A stretch of DNA of 64,000 nucleotides from Actinomycetota bacterium. GTDB taxonomy: Bacteria; Actinomycetota; Acidimicrobiia; Acidimicrobiales; JACCXE01. Positions 30,999-39,857 of this stretch are shown here, piece by piece; position 1 is the stretch's first letter; the number at the start of each line of letters is the position of its first letter. The stretch is from assembly GCA_041166405.1 (NCBI GenBank), contig JBEEFV010000027.1:539-64538 (forward strand), in the 5' to 3' direction. The position numbers and the translations under genes were made by a program. The notes below the pieces were generated by a model that saw only the letters and a list, made by a program, of their open reading frames with translations, ran no database searches and was not told where the DNA came from.

Positions 30999-31654
30999 GT
31001 TCGCGAGTCGGGGTCGTCGTCTTCCCGGGGACGAACTGCGAGTACGACGTGATGACCGCCGTCGAGCGCGCCGGCGGCAGCGCCGAGTTGGTGTGGCACC
31101 AGTCCACGTCGCTCGGCGCGGCGGACGCCATCGTCATCGCCGGCGGCTTCGCGCACGGCGACTACCTACGGCCGGGCGCCATCGCGCGCTTCTCCCCGGT
31201 GATGGAAGCAGTGGGCAAGGCGGCGGCCGACGGCATGCCGGTGGTCGGCGTGTGCAACGGCTTCCAAGTCCTGACTGAAGCGGGGCTGCTACCGGGCGCC
31301 CTGCAGAAGAACGCCGGATTGTCATTCCTCTGTCAGGAAACGACGCTGCGCGTCGAGAGCAATCGTTCGTCGCTCACCCGCGGGGTCGACGTGGGCACGA
31401 CGCTGCGCATTCCCATCAATCATTTCGAAGGGAATTACACGGTCGAGCCCGACACGTTGGCCGAGATCCGCGACAACGATCAGATCGTTTTGCGCTACGT
31501 CGACAACCCCAATGGTTCGGTCGAGAGCATCGCCGGCGTGAGCAATATCGCCGGCAACGTCGTGGGGTTGATGCCGCACCCCGAGCGCGCCAGCGACGCG
31601 TTGCTCGGCAGCGAGGACGGATTGGTCCTGCTGCGCGCCTTGCTCAGCGCGTAA
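30995..31654 (+). CDS. purQ: FGAM synthase glutaminase subunit
   Basis: 219 aa, ATGA overlap with purS. Motifs: VVVFPGTNCEYD, VGVCNGFQVL, GLMPHPER. Confidence 0.95.
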   Translation: MSSRVGVVVFPGTNCEYDVMTAVERAGGSAELVWHQSTSLGAADAIVIAGGFAHGDYLRPGAIARFSPVMEAVGKAAADGMPVVGVCNGFQVLTEAGLLPGALQKNAGLSFLCQETTLRVESNRSSLTRGVDVGTTLRIPINHFEGNYTVEPDTLAEIRDNDQIVLRYVDNPNGSVESIAGVSNIAGNVVGLMPHPERASDALLGSEDGLVLLRALLSA

Positions 31655-32042
31655 TCCCAGCCCGCTTCAGGACGGCGGCGTCGACGCCGATCTCGCGCCA
31701 CGCCCCGTAGCTGATCCCCTTCGATTCGCTGTAGGCCTTCGCCACCTGCACAAATGCCTCTTCGAGCGCGCCGATGTCGACCGCCGGACCCGACAGCCGC
31801 TCGAGTTCGGCTTCGAGATCCATCCGCCGCTGGATCAGCTGCAGGCGCGACACCGCGTCGGCGTCCTCGAGCTGCTTCGGGATGGCGTCGAGCTGCTGGC
31901 GCACGCCTTCGGCGGTGCGCGGCCGGCCACGCTTGGGCTTGGACCCTTCGAGCGCCTCGAGATAGTCGCGGACGGCCTTGCCCTGGGCGCGGCCCGCGGC
32001 CAGCGCAACCTTGTGCTCTTCGCTCATCGGCGTGCGGTTCAT
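31644..32042 (-). CDS. Hypothetical small protein (132 aa) with AT-hook-like KPKRGRPR motif and coiled-coil middle; possible DNA-binding protein
   Basis: GC3-rich ORF antisense-inserted between purQ and purL. Its 3-prime end overlaps purQ by 11 nt. No enzymatic motif. Confidence 0.6.
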   Translation of the reverse strand: MNRTPMSEEHKVALAAGRAQGKAVRDYLEALEGSKPKRGRPRTAEGVRQQLDAIPKQLEDADAVSRLQLIQRRMDLEAELERLSGPAVDIGALEEAFVQVAKAYSESKGISYGAWREIGVDAAVLKRAGITR

Positions 32043-32098
32043 ACAAGGAATTCGTAGCTACACCATTCACATAATTCAAGTTGCGCCCGCCCGTCCCC

Positions 32099-32145
32099 AA
32101 CTGGTCCTCCCCACGACCGCGCGGCGGTCGTGGGGAGGACCAGTT
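32099..32145. repeat. Perfect 22-bp inverted repeat with 3-nt spacer (strong stem-loop) in the divergent intergenic region upstream of purL
   Basis: aactggtcctccccacgaccgc gcg gcggtcgtggggaggaccagtt, read directly. Flanked on the left by an unusually AT-rich ~50 nt (32041-32090) and on the right by G-runs. Confidence 0.9.
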
Positions 32146-32175
32146 CGGGGTGGGGGGTCAGGTAGGTTCAATTGC

Positions 32176-34404
32176 GTGGCGGACGACACCCCCTTACATC
32201 GCGCGCTTGGGCTGACCGACGACGAGTTGGAGTCGATCAAGCGCATCCTCGGGCGGGATCCGAACCGCCTCGAGCTGTCGATGTACTCGGTGATGTGGAG
32301 CGAGCACTGCTCCTACAAGTCCTCGAAGAAACACCTCCGCCGGCTGCCGACGGAAGCGCCGTGGGTGATCTGCGGTCCCGGCGAAAACGCCGGCGTGATC
32401 GACGGCGGCGACGGTGTCGCCATCGCGCTGCGCATCGAAAGCCACAACCACCCCTCCGCGGTCGAGCCGTATCAAGGCGCCGCCACCGGCGTCGGCGGGA
32501 TCCTGCGCGACATCTTCACGATGGGGGCGCGTCCCGTCGCCGTGCTCGACCCGTTGCGGTTCGGCACGCTCGACGAGCCCCGCAACCGCTGGATCGCGGA
32601 AGGCGTCGTGTCGGGCGTGTCGGGCTACGGCAACGCCGTCGGCGTGCCGACCGTCGGCGGCGAACTCGTCTTCGACCCTACCTACGCCGACAATCCCCTC
32701 GTCAACGTCATGTGCATCGGGCTGTTGCCGAAAGACGACCTCGTACTGGCGACCGCGAGTGGCGTTGGCAACCTGGCGGTGCTGCTCGGCAGTTCGACCG
32801 GGCGGGACGGGATCGGCGGGGCGTCGGTGCTGGCGAGCGCGGGCTTCGGCGACGCCGAGGAGGAGGCGGCGAAGCGGCCGAGCGTGCAGGTCGGCGATCC
32901 GTTCGAAGAGAAGAAGCTCATCGAGGCGTGCCTGGAAATCATCCGCGGCGGCCTCACCCCCGGCATTCAGGACCTCGGTGCTGCCGGGCTGACGGGCGCG
33001 ACGAGCGAAACGTCGTCCAACGCCGGGCTGGGCCTCGACGTCTACCTCGACCGCGTGCCGCAGCGCGAACCGAACATGGAGCCGTTCGAGATCATGACGA
33101 GCGAGAGCCAGGAACGCATGCTCGCCTTCGTCACCCCTGAGCACCTCGACGAGGTGCTGGCGATCGCCGAGAAGTGGGAAGTGCGCGCCTCGGTGATCGG
33201 CGAGGTCAACAGCAGCGGTCGCCTGCGAATCCTGGCAACGAAGGACGGCGCCGTCGAGGCCGACATTCCCGCGCCGTCGCTCAGCGAGGACGCGCCGCTG
33301 TACGACCGGCCGATGCAGGAACCGGATCGCGCTGCGCAACGCGCCGCGGACCCGGCGGAGCTCCCCGCGCCCGACGACTGCACGGACGAACTGCTGGCGA
33401 TGCTCTACGACCCCGCGTGGGCGTTCCGGCAGTACGACCATCAGCTGTTCCTCAACACCGTCGCCGGCCCTGGTGGCGACGCCGCGGTGTTGCGTCTCGC
33501 CGCTCCCGGCGTGCCGACGACCGGAACCCGCGGCATGGCCGTCACCACGGACGGCAACCACCGCTGGTGTGCGGCGGACCCGCGTCAGGGCGTCGCCATG
33601 GTCGTCGCCGAAGCGGCGCTCAACCTGGCGTGCGTCGGCGCCGAGCCCAAGGCCGTCGTCAACTGCTTGAACTTCGGGAACCCCGAACATCCCGAGGTGA
33701 TGTGGCAGTTCTCCGAGACCATCGACGGCATGGGCGACGCCTGCCGCGCGCTGCACACGCCGGTCGTCGGCGGCAACGTGAGCTTCTACAACGAGAGCCG
33801 CGGCGCCAACATCGATCCGACGCCCGTGATCGGCATGATCGGTCTCATCGAGACGCTCGACCGTCGCCCGCCGGGCGCGCAACTGGTCGACGGGGCGCGC
33901 CTCGTGCTCGTGGGCGCGCGCAGCGACGTGCTCACCGGATCGCTGAGGGCGCGCGCCCGTCACGACCACGGCGGCGGCGAGTTGCCGCCGCTCGACCTCG
34001 AGATGCACAACGCGCTCGTGTCGCTCGTCGTGGCGTGTGTGCGCGACGGGTTGGTCGTCGGCGCGCACGACGTCGCCGACGGCGGCCTCGGTCTGGCGCT
34101 GGCAGAGATGGCGATCGCCGGTCAGTGCGGCGCGCAAGTCGACGGCGTCGACGGCCACGGCGAGTTGTTCAGCGAAGCGGCTTCGCGCGTGCTGCTCGTC
34201 GTCGACGACGAACACCTCCAAGAGTTCGAGGACCGCCTCGAGGAAGCCGACGTCGAGTTCACCCACCTCGGACGGTGCAGCGGCGACCGGCTCTTCGTGT
34301 TCGGCACGAATTTCCAGCCGCTCATCGACGTCCCCGTCGCCGACCTCGCCGCCGCTCGAACCAATGCCCTTCCGACAGCGCTCGCGGCCGGCACCGCCCA
34401 CTAG
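32176..34404 (+). CDS. purL: FGAM synthase large subunit
   Basis: Track ORF 31978-34404 trimmed to GTG 32176 ([40 protein letters not shown]). 742 aa. Confidence 0.96.
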   Translation: MADDTPLHRALGLTDDELESIKRILGRDPNRLELSMYSVMWSEHCSYKSSKKHLRRLPTEAPWVICGPGENAGVIDGGDGVAIALRIESHNHPSAVEPYQGAATGVGGILRDIFTMGARPVAVLDPLRFGTLDEPRNRWIAEGVVSGVSGYGNAVGVPTVGGELVFDPTYADNPLVNVMCIGLLPKDDLVLATASGVGNLAVLLGSSTGRDGIGGASVLASAGFGDAEEEAAKRPSVQVGDPFEEKKLIEACLEIIRGGLTPGIQDLGAAGLTGATSETSSNAGLGLDVYLDRVPQREPNMEPFEIMTSESQERMLAFVTPEHLDEVLAIAEKWEVRASVIGEVNSSGRLRILATKDGAVEADIPAPSLSEDAPLYDRPMQEPDRAAQRAADPAELPAPDDCTDELLAMLYDPAWAFRQYDHQLFLNTVAGPGGDAAVLRLAAPGVPTTGTRGMAVTTDGNHRWCAADPRQGVAMVVAEAALNLACVGAEPKAVVNCLNFGNPEHPEVMWQFSETIDGMGDACRALHTPVVGGNVSFYNESRGANIDPTPVIGMIGLIETLDRRPPGAQLVDGARLVLVGARSDVLTGSLRARARHDHGGGELPPLDLEMHNALVSLVVACVRDGLVVGAHDVADGGLGLALAEMAIAGQCGAQVDGVDGHGELFSEAASRVLLVVDDEHLQEFEDRLEEADVEFTHLGRCSGDRLFVFGTNFQPLIDVPVADLAAARTNALPTALAAGTAH

Positions 34405-35257
34405 CGCCGACGTCGCGCCCGTCGACGTGCGGCCGTCGCCGCCGGGTGGCGCGCGCAATGTCGTGGTTGTGGTTCTCGACAGTTTGCGGTTCGACTCGGC
34501 GATCGCCGCCGGGATGACGAACACGGCACGCCTCGGGGAGATCGAACGGCGGTGGAGCTACGCGTCGTGGACGGCGCCTTCGCACTTCAACCTGTTGATG
34601 GGCTTGCTGCCGCACACGAGTCCGTCTCGCGTGTACGCGTCGGAGTACTACAAGGCCGACTTCACGCGCTACAGCGAACGCTTCGGCGTGCCCGGTATCG
34701 ACTTCGCATCGATGTTGCCCTCGATCTGGATGCCGACGTACCTGCGCAACGTGCTCGGGTACCGCACGGCGGCGCTCGTGTCGATGCCGGTGCTCAATCC
34801 GGCGACGGCGGTCAACCGCGACTTCGACGAGTACGCACTGATGGAGTCGCACAACGACATGGCGGGCATCGTGCAGCGGTTGCGGTTCGACGCCGACCGT
34901 CCGACGTTCTGGATGCTCAACGTCGGCGAGACGCACTACCCCTACGCGGTCCCCGGCGACGATCTGTCCGACCTGCCACGCATCTCAGGACTCCACGGCG
35001 TGCTGAAGCACGCGGACACCGCGCCCGAGTTCTTCGACGACGCCACGATGGACAAGCTGCGGGCGCGTCAGGTGCGTGCCGCGTCGTACGCCGACACGCT
35101 GATCGGCGCGCTGTACGACGTCGTGCCGCCGCGCACGTGGATCGTCGTCACGTCGGACCACGGCGAGCTGTTCGGTGAAGGCGGGTACTTCGGCCACGGC
35201 CCCATCGCCCACGACAAGGTCCTCGAAGTCCCCTTCGTCGAGGGAACCATCCGTTAG
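34364..35257 (+). CDS. Alkaline-phosphatase-superfamily enzyme (annotators would call it sulfatase-like); Thr-type nucleophile motif, NPP/phosphodiesterase-like
   Basis: Track ORF 34037-35257. ATG 34364 overlaps purL by 41 nt; GTG 34427 is an alternative start. Motifs: [26 protein letters not shown] (T-x-P-S-H rather than C/S-x-P-x-R), VVTSDHGE. No signal peptide. Confidence 0.7.
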   Translation: MPFRQRSRPAPPTSADVAPVDVRPSPPGGARNVVVVVLDSLRFDSAIAAGMTNTARLGEIERRWSYASWTAPSHFNLLMGLLPHTSPSRVYASEYYKADFTRYSERFGVPGIDFASMLPSIWMPTYLRNVLGYRTAALVSMPVLNPATAVNRDFDEYALMESHNDMAGIVQRLRFDADRPTFWMLNVGETHYPYAVPGDDLSDLPRISGLHGVLKHADTAPEFFDDATMDKLRARQVRAASYADTLIGALYDVVPPRTWIVVTSDHGELFGEGGYFGHGPIAHDKVLEVPFVEGTIR

Positions 35258-35263
35258 CCCTCG

Positions 35264-35312
35264 AAACTTGCGTTCTGTCGCACACGAATCGTGTGCGACA
35301 GAACGCAAGTTT
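35264..35312. terminator. 49-nt perfect palindrome (24+1+24) between convergent genes; probable bidirectional terminator hairpin
   Basis: aaacttgcgttctgtcgcacacga a tcgtgtgcgacagaacgcaagttt. Begins 7 nt after the + gene stop and ends 6 nt before the - gene stop. The only U-tract is the AAA/TTT at the stem ends. Confidence 0.55.
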
Positions 35313-35317
35313 GCGGT

Positions 35318-36751
35318 TCAGAGGTAGCCGAGGTGGCGGAGTTGCTCGGCGAGGGCTTCGTCTTCGGCGGGGGCGCTCGAGGGGACCGGCGTCTTGGGGC
35401 GCTCGGATTCCGCCGCGATGTCGAGGGCGCGCCGCAGCGTTGCCAGCGTTGCGTCGTCGACGGCGGTCGGCGTCGTCGGCGCCACTTCGAGCGGATCGGC
35501 GTCGACGTCGATCAGGAGTTCTTCGGGCAGACCGGCAGCGCGGGCGCCGGTGCCCTGCGGACGCAGCAGCTTGAACCTCCCGTCGGTAGCGCAGACGACC
35601 GACGTCCCCATCCGCGTCGCCGCGTCAGGACCGAGTCCCCATGCGCTGGTGACGGAGACGCAGCGCGCGTGATCGCCGTCGCCCGGCGCGTCGAGCTGCG
35701 CGACGGCAACGCCGTCGGGCAGTCCGTCGTCGAAGGGGTGATCGTCGATGCCCGCGGACTCGGCTATGAAACGCGGCAGCCGCGTCAGGCTCATCACGCC
35801 GTCGGTCGCCAGCGTCGCCGGGCCGGCGGTGACGAGCGGGACACGGATGAGCCGGTTGTCGAGCGAGAAGGCGTGGCCGAGGAGTTGGCCGTCGCCGAGG
35901 TTTTCGCCGTGGTCCGACGTCAACACGATCTGGGTTTCGTCGACGAGTCCGTGCCGGTCGAGCGCACTCAACAGACGCGCCAACCACGCGTCGAGCTGGG
36001 ACGCGCTGGCGGCGTGCAACTCGCGCATGCGCGCGATGGCGTCGTCGGGAACGTCGAAGCCGCCGAGCGAGCAACGCCAGATCGATTCGACGTTGAGGTA
36101 CCTGCTCGCCTCTGCCGCGGAGCGCCAGCGGTCGACGGGACCGAGCGGGTTGAACGGTTTCGGTGGGAGGTACGGCGAGTGGCACTCGATCAGGTTGACG
36201 AAGAGAAAGAACGGGTTGTGGGCGCGTTGCGCCAGCCAGCCGTCGAGCGCGTCGCTCACCGCGTCGGCGCCGTCGTCGAGCTGCGCGCGCACGGCGTCGA
36301 CGCGCCAGGCGACGCGATCGCGCAGACCCGTCTTGTGCAGCCGCGCTTGGCGACGGTGGGTGACGACCTCGAAGCGGTCGAATCCTTGGTCGAACCCACC
36401 GTGGTCACTGATCCACGTGTTGCCGCTGACGCCGAACGTGTCGAAGCCGGCGCGTCGCATCACTTCCGGCAACGACTGACCGGCGGCGACGAGGCGACGG
36501 TTGGCCTCGACGTACGACGCGGCCTTCGTGTCGCCGCGGTGCTGGAATCCAGCGCTGCGCGGCAACTGACCCGAGAGCATCGACGCGTGCGACGGCACGG
36601 TCCAGCTGGCGTTGGCGAACGCCCGCGGGTGCGCCGCGCCCCGGCGCGCCAACTCGGCGATCGCCGGCGTCGCGCCCGCCGGCGCCCCGTAGGGCTCGAA
36701 GGCGTCGGCGCGTGCGGTGTCGAACACGACGAGGATGACGTTGGCAGACAT
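35318..36751 (-). CDS. Alkaline-phosphatase-superfamily enzyme (sulfatase-like fold), Thr-type nucleophile motif, with ~150-aa C-terminal extension
   Basis: 477 aa: NVILVVFDTARAD, ASWTVPSHASMLSG, IVLTSDHGENLGD. No signal peptide. Paralogous in motif pattern to 34364-35257. Confidence 0.75.
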   Translation of the reverse strand: MSANVILVVFDTARADAFEPYGAPAGATPAIAELARRGAAHPRAFANASWTVPSHASMLSGQLPRSAGFQHRGDTKAASYVEANRRLVAAGQSLPEVMRRAGFDTFGVSGNTWISDHGGFDQGFDRFEVVTHRRQARLHKTGLRDRVAWRVDAVRAQLDDGADAVSDALDGWLAQRAHNPFFLFVNLIECHSPYLPPKPFNPLGPVDRWRSAAEASRYLNVESIWRCSLGGFDVPDDAIARMRELHAASASQLDAWLARLLSALDRHGLVDETQIVLTSDHGENLGDGQLLGHAFSLDNRLIRVPLVTAGPATLATDGVMSLTRLPRFIAESAGIDDHPFDDGLPDGVAVAQLDAPGDGDHARCVSVTSAWGLGPDAATRMGTSVVCATDGRFKLLRPQGTGARAAGLPEELLIDVDADPLEVAPTTPTAVDDATLATLRRALDIAAESERPKTPVPSSAPAEDEALAEQLRHLGYL

Positions 36752-36907
36752 TCAGGCGCGCCGGTCCCGCGGATTACCGCGGTTTGCGAGTTGTACGCTT
36801 TGGGCAGATTTCCGCAAGTTTTCTCCGGCCGAACCGTTGTTTAGTGCAAGCCACCAGGCAGAATCAGCGGCGGGCCCCCTACTGATGACCACAACGACGC
36901 GAACGAC

Positions 36908-37372
36908 GTGAAGCTACTGGTAGCCGCCTCTGCGGGCGGTCACGCGAACGACCTCGGCGCGCTGTTGGAACGCGCGGACACTATGTGGCCTGACCGGCCT
37001 TCGGTGTACGTCACGACGTCGAATGTCCGCGCCGCCAAGTTTCGCAGCGAGGGCGTGGAGGCCTACGTCGTACGCGAGGCCGACCGCCGCACGCCCATCA
37101 GCGCGGCGATCGCCGCGGCCCAGACGCTGCGCGTCATCTGGCGGGAGCGACCCGACGCCATCGTCACCACCGGCGCGATGCCGATGGCGATCATGTGCGT
37201 GTGGGGCCGACTGTTCGGCGCCAAGATCGCCTGGGTCGACTGCCTGTCGCAGGTCGACACGCTTTCGCTTTCGGGTCGCGTCATCCGCGCGCTGGCGCAC
37301 CTGACGCTGACGCAGTGGCCCGAGGTGGCGACGCGGTTCCGCAAGGTCGAGTACGCCGGAGAGGTCCTGTGA
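36908..37372 (+). CDS. Alg14-like / PssD / Cps14F-like membrane-associated subunit of a split glycosyltransferase
   Basis: 154 aa, GTG start: MKLLVAASAGGHANDL, PDAIVTTGAMPMAI, IAWVDCLSQV. Confidence 0.75.
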   Translation: MKLLVAASAGGHANDLGALLERADTMWPDRPSVYVTTSNVRAAKFRSEGVEAYVVREADRRTPISAAIAAAQTLRVIWRERPDAIVTTGAMPMAIMCVWGRLFGAKIAWVDCLSQVDTLSLSGRVIRALAHLTLTQWPEVATRFRKVEYAGEVL

Positions 37373-37872
37373 TCTTCCTCACGGTGGGCAGCCGCTACGG
37401 GTTCGATCGCCTGGTGCGCGCCGTCGACGACATGGTCGACCGCGGCGAGATCACCGACGAGATCACCGCGCAGATCGGTTTGGGCGCGTACGAGCCAAGG
37501 CACATGCACTACGAGCGGTTTATCGAGGGCAACCGCTACGACGGACGCATGCGCGACGCCGACATGCTCATCGGCCACGCCGGCTCGGGCACGATCTCGC
37601 TCGCCGTCACCAACTGCAAGCCGCTGCTCGTGCTGCCGCGACGCAAGCGCTACCACGAGCACGTCAACGATCATCAGGTGGCAACGGCGCGCAAGTTCGA
37701 AGAGCTGCACCACGTGCTCGCGGCCGACGACGCCGAAGACCTCCCGCGGCGCTTCGCCGAACTCCACACCTTCGTGCCCGTGCGCCGGCTCGCCCGCACC
37801 GACGAACTCGCCGACAGGATCGGCGCCTTTCTCTTCGCCGTGGAACCCAAGATTCGACGCCGAGCTCGCTAG
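37369..37872 (+). CDS. Alg13-like / PssE / Cps14G-like catalytic subunit (Glyco_tran_28_C) of a split glycosyltransferase
   Basis: Track ORF 37195-37872 trimmed to GTG 37369 (GTGA overlap): VIFLTVGS, LIGHAGSGTISLA, HVNDHQVATARKF. Confidence 0.75.
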   Translation: MIFLTVGSRYGFDRLVRAVDDMVDRGEITDEITAQIGLGAYEPRHMHYERFIEGNRYDGRMRDADMLIGHAGSGTISLAVTNCKPLLVLPRRKRYHEHVNDHQVATARKFEELHHVLAADDAEDLPRRFAELHTFVPVRRLARTDELADRIGAFLFAVEPKIRRRAR

Positions 37873-37882
37873 TCCACGCGCG

Positions 37883-38773
37883 TTATCGGAACCGCTCGCC
37901 GTCACGCGGCAGCGCGAGACCCACTGCGAGTCCGGCGAGCGTTCCCGTGAGTTTGAGGGTGTGGGCGACTATCGCCGAGCGGTCGCGGTGGGCGACGTTG
38001 CGGGAGAGTTCCACGACGCCATCGGTGACGAGGCGGCGGCGCAACAGCGGCCGAACGGTGCGGGCGTCGGCGATGCGCCACAGCTTGCCGACCATTGCCC
38101 CGGTGCCGAGTCCGACGCCCCAGTTGTAACGGACGACCTCTCGGTGCGTGCGCCAGTCGCGGTGCAGTACGAGCGCGTCCGGCTCGTACACGCCGGTCCA
38201 GCCGTGATGCAGCAGGCGCACGAACAGGTCATGGTCTTCGGCGCTGCGTAACCGCGTGCCGGCGCCGAGGCGTTCGTCGGCACCGCCGCACGCGTCCCAT
38301 GCGGCCCGCCGAAACGCCATGCAGGCGCCGTTGCCCAATTCGATCGGGTCCGTCGCTCCCGCGAACCGGGCGCGCGGTCGCGGGCGGGCGGCGTCGAACG
38401 GCAGGTGCGGGTCGTCGACGTCGGCGCGTACTTGGCCAAGCGCGAAGCCGACCTCGGCGGCGTCGAAGCCGCCGGCGAGGTGATCGAGCCACTTCGGTTG
38501 CGGCCGGCAGTCGTCGTCGGTGAACACGACGACGTCCGTCGACGTCTCGGAAACGCCGAGGTTGCGCGCCCGCGACAGACCTTTGCGCGGCGCCCGAACG
38601 ACGCGTACGCCGCGGCTGTCGGCGACCGCGTGTGTGTCGTCGCTCGTCGACGCGGAATCGACGACGAGCACCTCGTCGCCGTCGCGCAACGTGGGCAGCG
38701 TCGCGTCGAGCGCGTCGCCCAGCATCGCCGGGCGGTCACGCGTGCAGATGATGACGGCGCACCGTTCAGTCAC
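37883..38773 (-). CDS. Glycosyltransferase family 2
   Basis: Track ORF 37883-38974 trimmed to GTG 38773 (8-nt overlap with the upstream gene): CAVIICTRDRPAML, VLVVDSASTSDD, FTDDDCRP. Confidence 0.8.
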   Translation of the reverse strand: MTERCAVIICTRDRPAMLGDALDATLPTLRDGDEVLVVDSASTSDDTHAVADSRGVRVVRAPRKGLSRARNLGVSETSTDVVVFTDDDCRPQPKWLDHLAGGFDAAEVGFALGQVRADVDDPHLPFDAARPRPRARFAGATDPIELGNGACMAFRRAAWDACGGADERLGAGTRLRSAEDHDLFVRLLHHGWTGVYEPDALVLHRDWRTHREVVRYNWGVGLGTGAMVGKLWRIADARTVRPLLRRRLVTDGVVELSRNVAHRDRSAIVAHTLKLTGTLAGLAVGLALPRDGERFR

Positions 38774-39830
38774 GGAACACTCCGGAGATCGCCGCGACGC
38801 GCGCACGCGCCGCTGCGGCCGGCGCGTGCGCGGCCGTGACGGCGTCGCGCCCCCGCGCCGCCATCGCGGCGCGGCGCGCCGGATCGCGCAACACGGCGAT
38901 GAGCGCGTCGGCGAAACGTGCGTCGTCGGCGACGACGGGACCGTCCTGCGGCGCAACGTGCAATCCCTCGACACCCGACGGAGTCGTGACGACCGGCACC
39001 CCGTACGCCAACGCCTCGATCACCTTCACTTTGGGACCGCTCGTACCCGGGCACGGGTAGGCGACGACGGCCGCACGCGCCAGCACGTCCCCCGGCACGC
39101 CGACGGCACCGACGTGTTCGACGCCGCCGATGGTGCCGACGCGCGCCGGATCGAGACCGCGGCCTGCGAGCACCAGGCGCGCGCCGGGCACGGCGTCGCG
39201 CACGGCGGGCCAGTAGCCGAGGAGGCGCGTCAGCGCCGCGTGGTTCGGCGCCCAGTTCCACGACGCCAGCAGCGCCACGACGGGTTCGTCGACGAGATCG
39301 AGCGCGGTCGGCGGCACCGGATACGCCATCGGTACGACGTGCGCGCGTCGGTCGATGGCGTGGGCGACGCGCTCCGACATCGCCATCACGAACGGGGCGT
39401 GGGCACCGACACGGCGCTCGTGGCGCATGTCCTGAACGTCGGGCGGCGTCGGGCGCCGCAGCGCGGGGGCGTCGATCTTCGTGAGGTAGTGGAACACCAC
39501 GGCGCGCCGCGGGTGGCGCGCCACGACCGCCCACGACAGAGGGTCCTCGGCGATGGCGAAGGCATCCGCGGGCGGGCGCCAGTCGATCCGCGCCGCGTCC
39601 CAACGCGGCCGCACGACCGCGCGGGCGTGCATCGTCCACGGCGCCTCCGGCGGCACGTAACGGAACTCGCACCAGTCGGGCATTTCGTCGTGCGGTTGGT
39701 CGTGCGCCCACGACATCGCCGTCACATCGTGGCCGTCGGCGATGAGCCCTTCGACGAGGGCGCGAAAGATCTTGCCGTCCTGACTGCCCTCGGGCGTCGG
39801 GTTGTGACGGCTCACGAAGGCGAGGCGCAT
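38766..39830 (-). CDS. Glycosyltransferase family 4/1 (GT-B)
   Basis: 354 aa: MRLAFVSRHNPTPEG, PGTSGPKVKVIEALAYGVPVVTTPSGVEG. Confidence 0.8.
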   Translation of the reverse strand: MRLAFVSRHNPTPEGSQDGKIFRALVEGLIADGHDVTAMSWAHDQPHDEMPDWCEFRYVPPEAPWTMHARAVVRPRWDAARIDWRPPADAFAIAEDPLSWAVVARHPRRAVVFHYLTKIDAPALRRPTPPDVQDMRHERRVGAHAPFVMAMSERVAHAIDRRAHVVPMAYPVPPTALDLVDEPVVALLASWNWAPNHAALTRLLGYWPAVRDAVPGARLVLAGRGLDPARVGTIGGVEHVGAVGVPGDVLARAAVVAYPCPGTSGPKVKVIEALAYGVPVVTTPSGVEGLHVAPQDGPVVADDARFADALIAVLRDPARRAAMAARGRDAVTAAHAPAAAARARVAAISGVFRD

Positions 39831-39857
39831 CAGCGGGCGAGGCTACGTTCCCTGGCA

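Noticed and set aside
32132-32157. A possible G-quadruplex from the G-runs overlapping and following the purL-leader hairpin (ggggagg...cggggtgggggg).
   Set aside because: Only three clean GGG runs are available with allowed loops, and the first lies inside the perfect stem, which would compete with it. This is not convincing without computation.
34364-36751. Calling the two AP-superfamily proteins formylglycine sulfatases, which would have made a neat partnership with the sulfotransferases.
   Set aside because: The nucleophile motif reads T-x-P-S-H in both, not C/S-x-P-x-R. Neither has a signal peptide, and no FGE or anSME maturase is nearby. I kept them as Thr-type phosphodiesterase/phosphotransferase-like enzymes instead.
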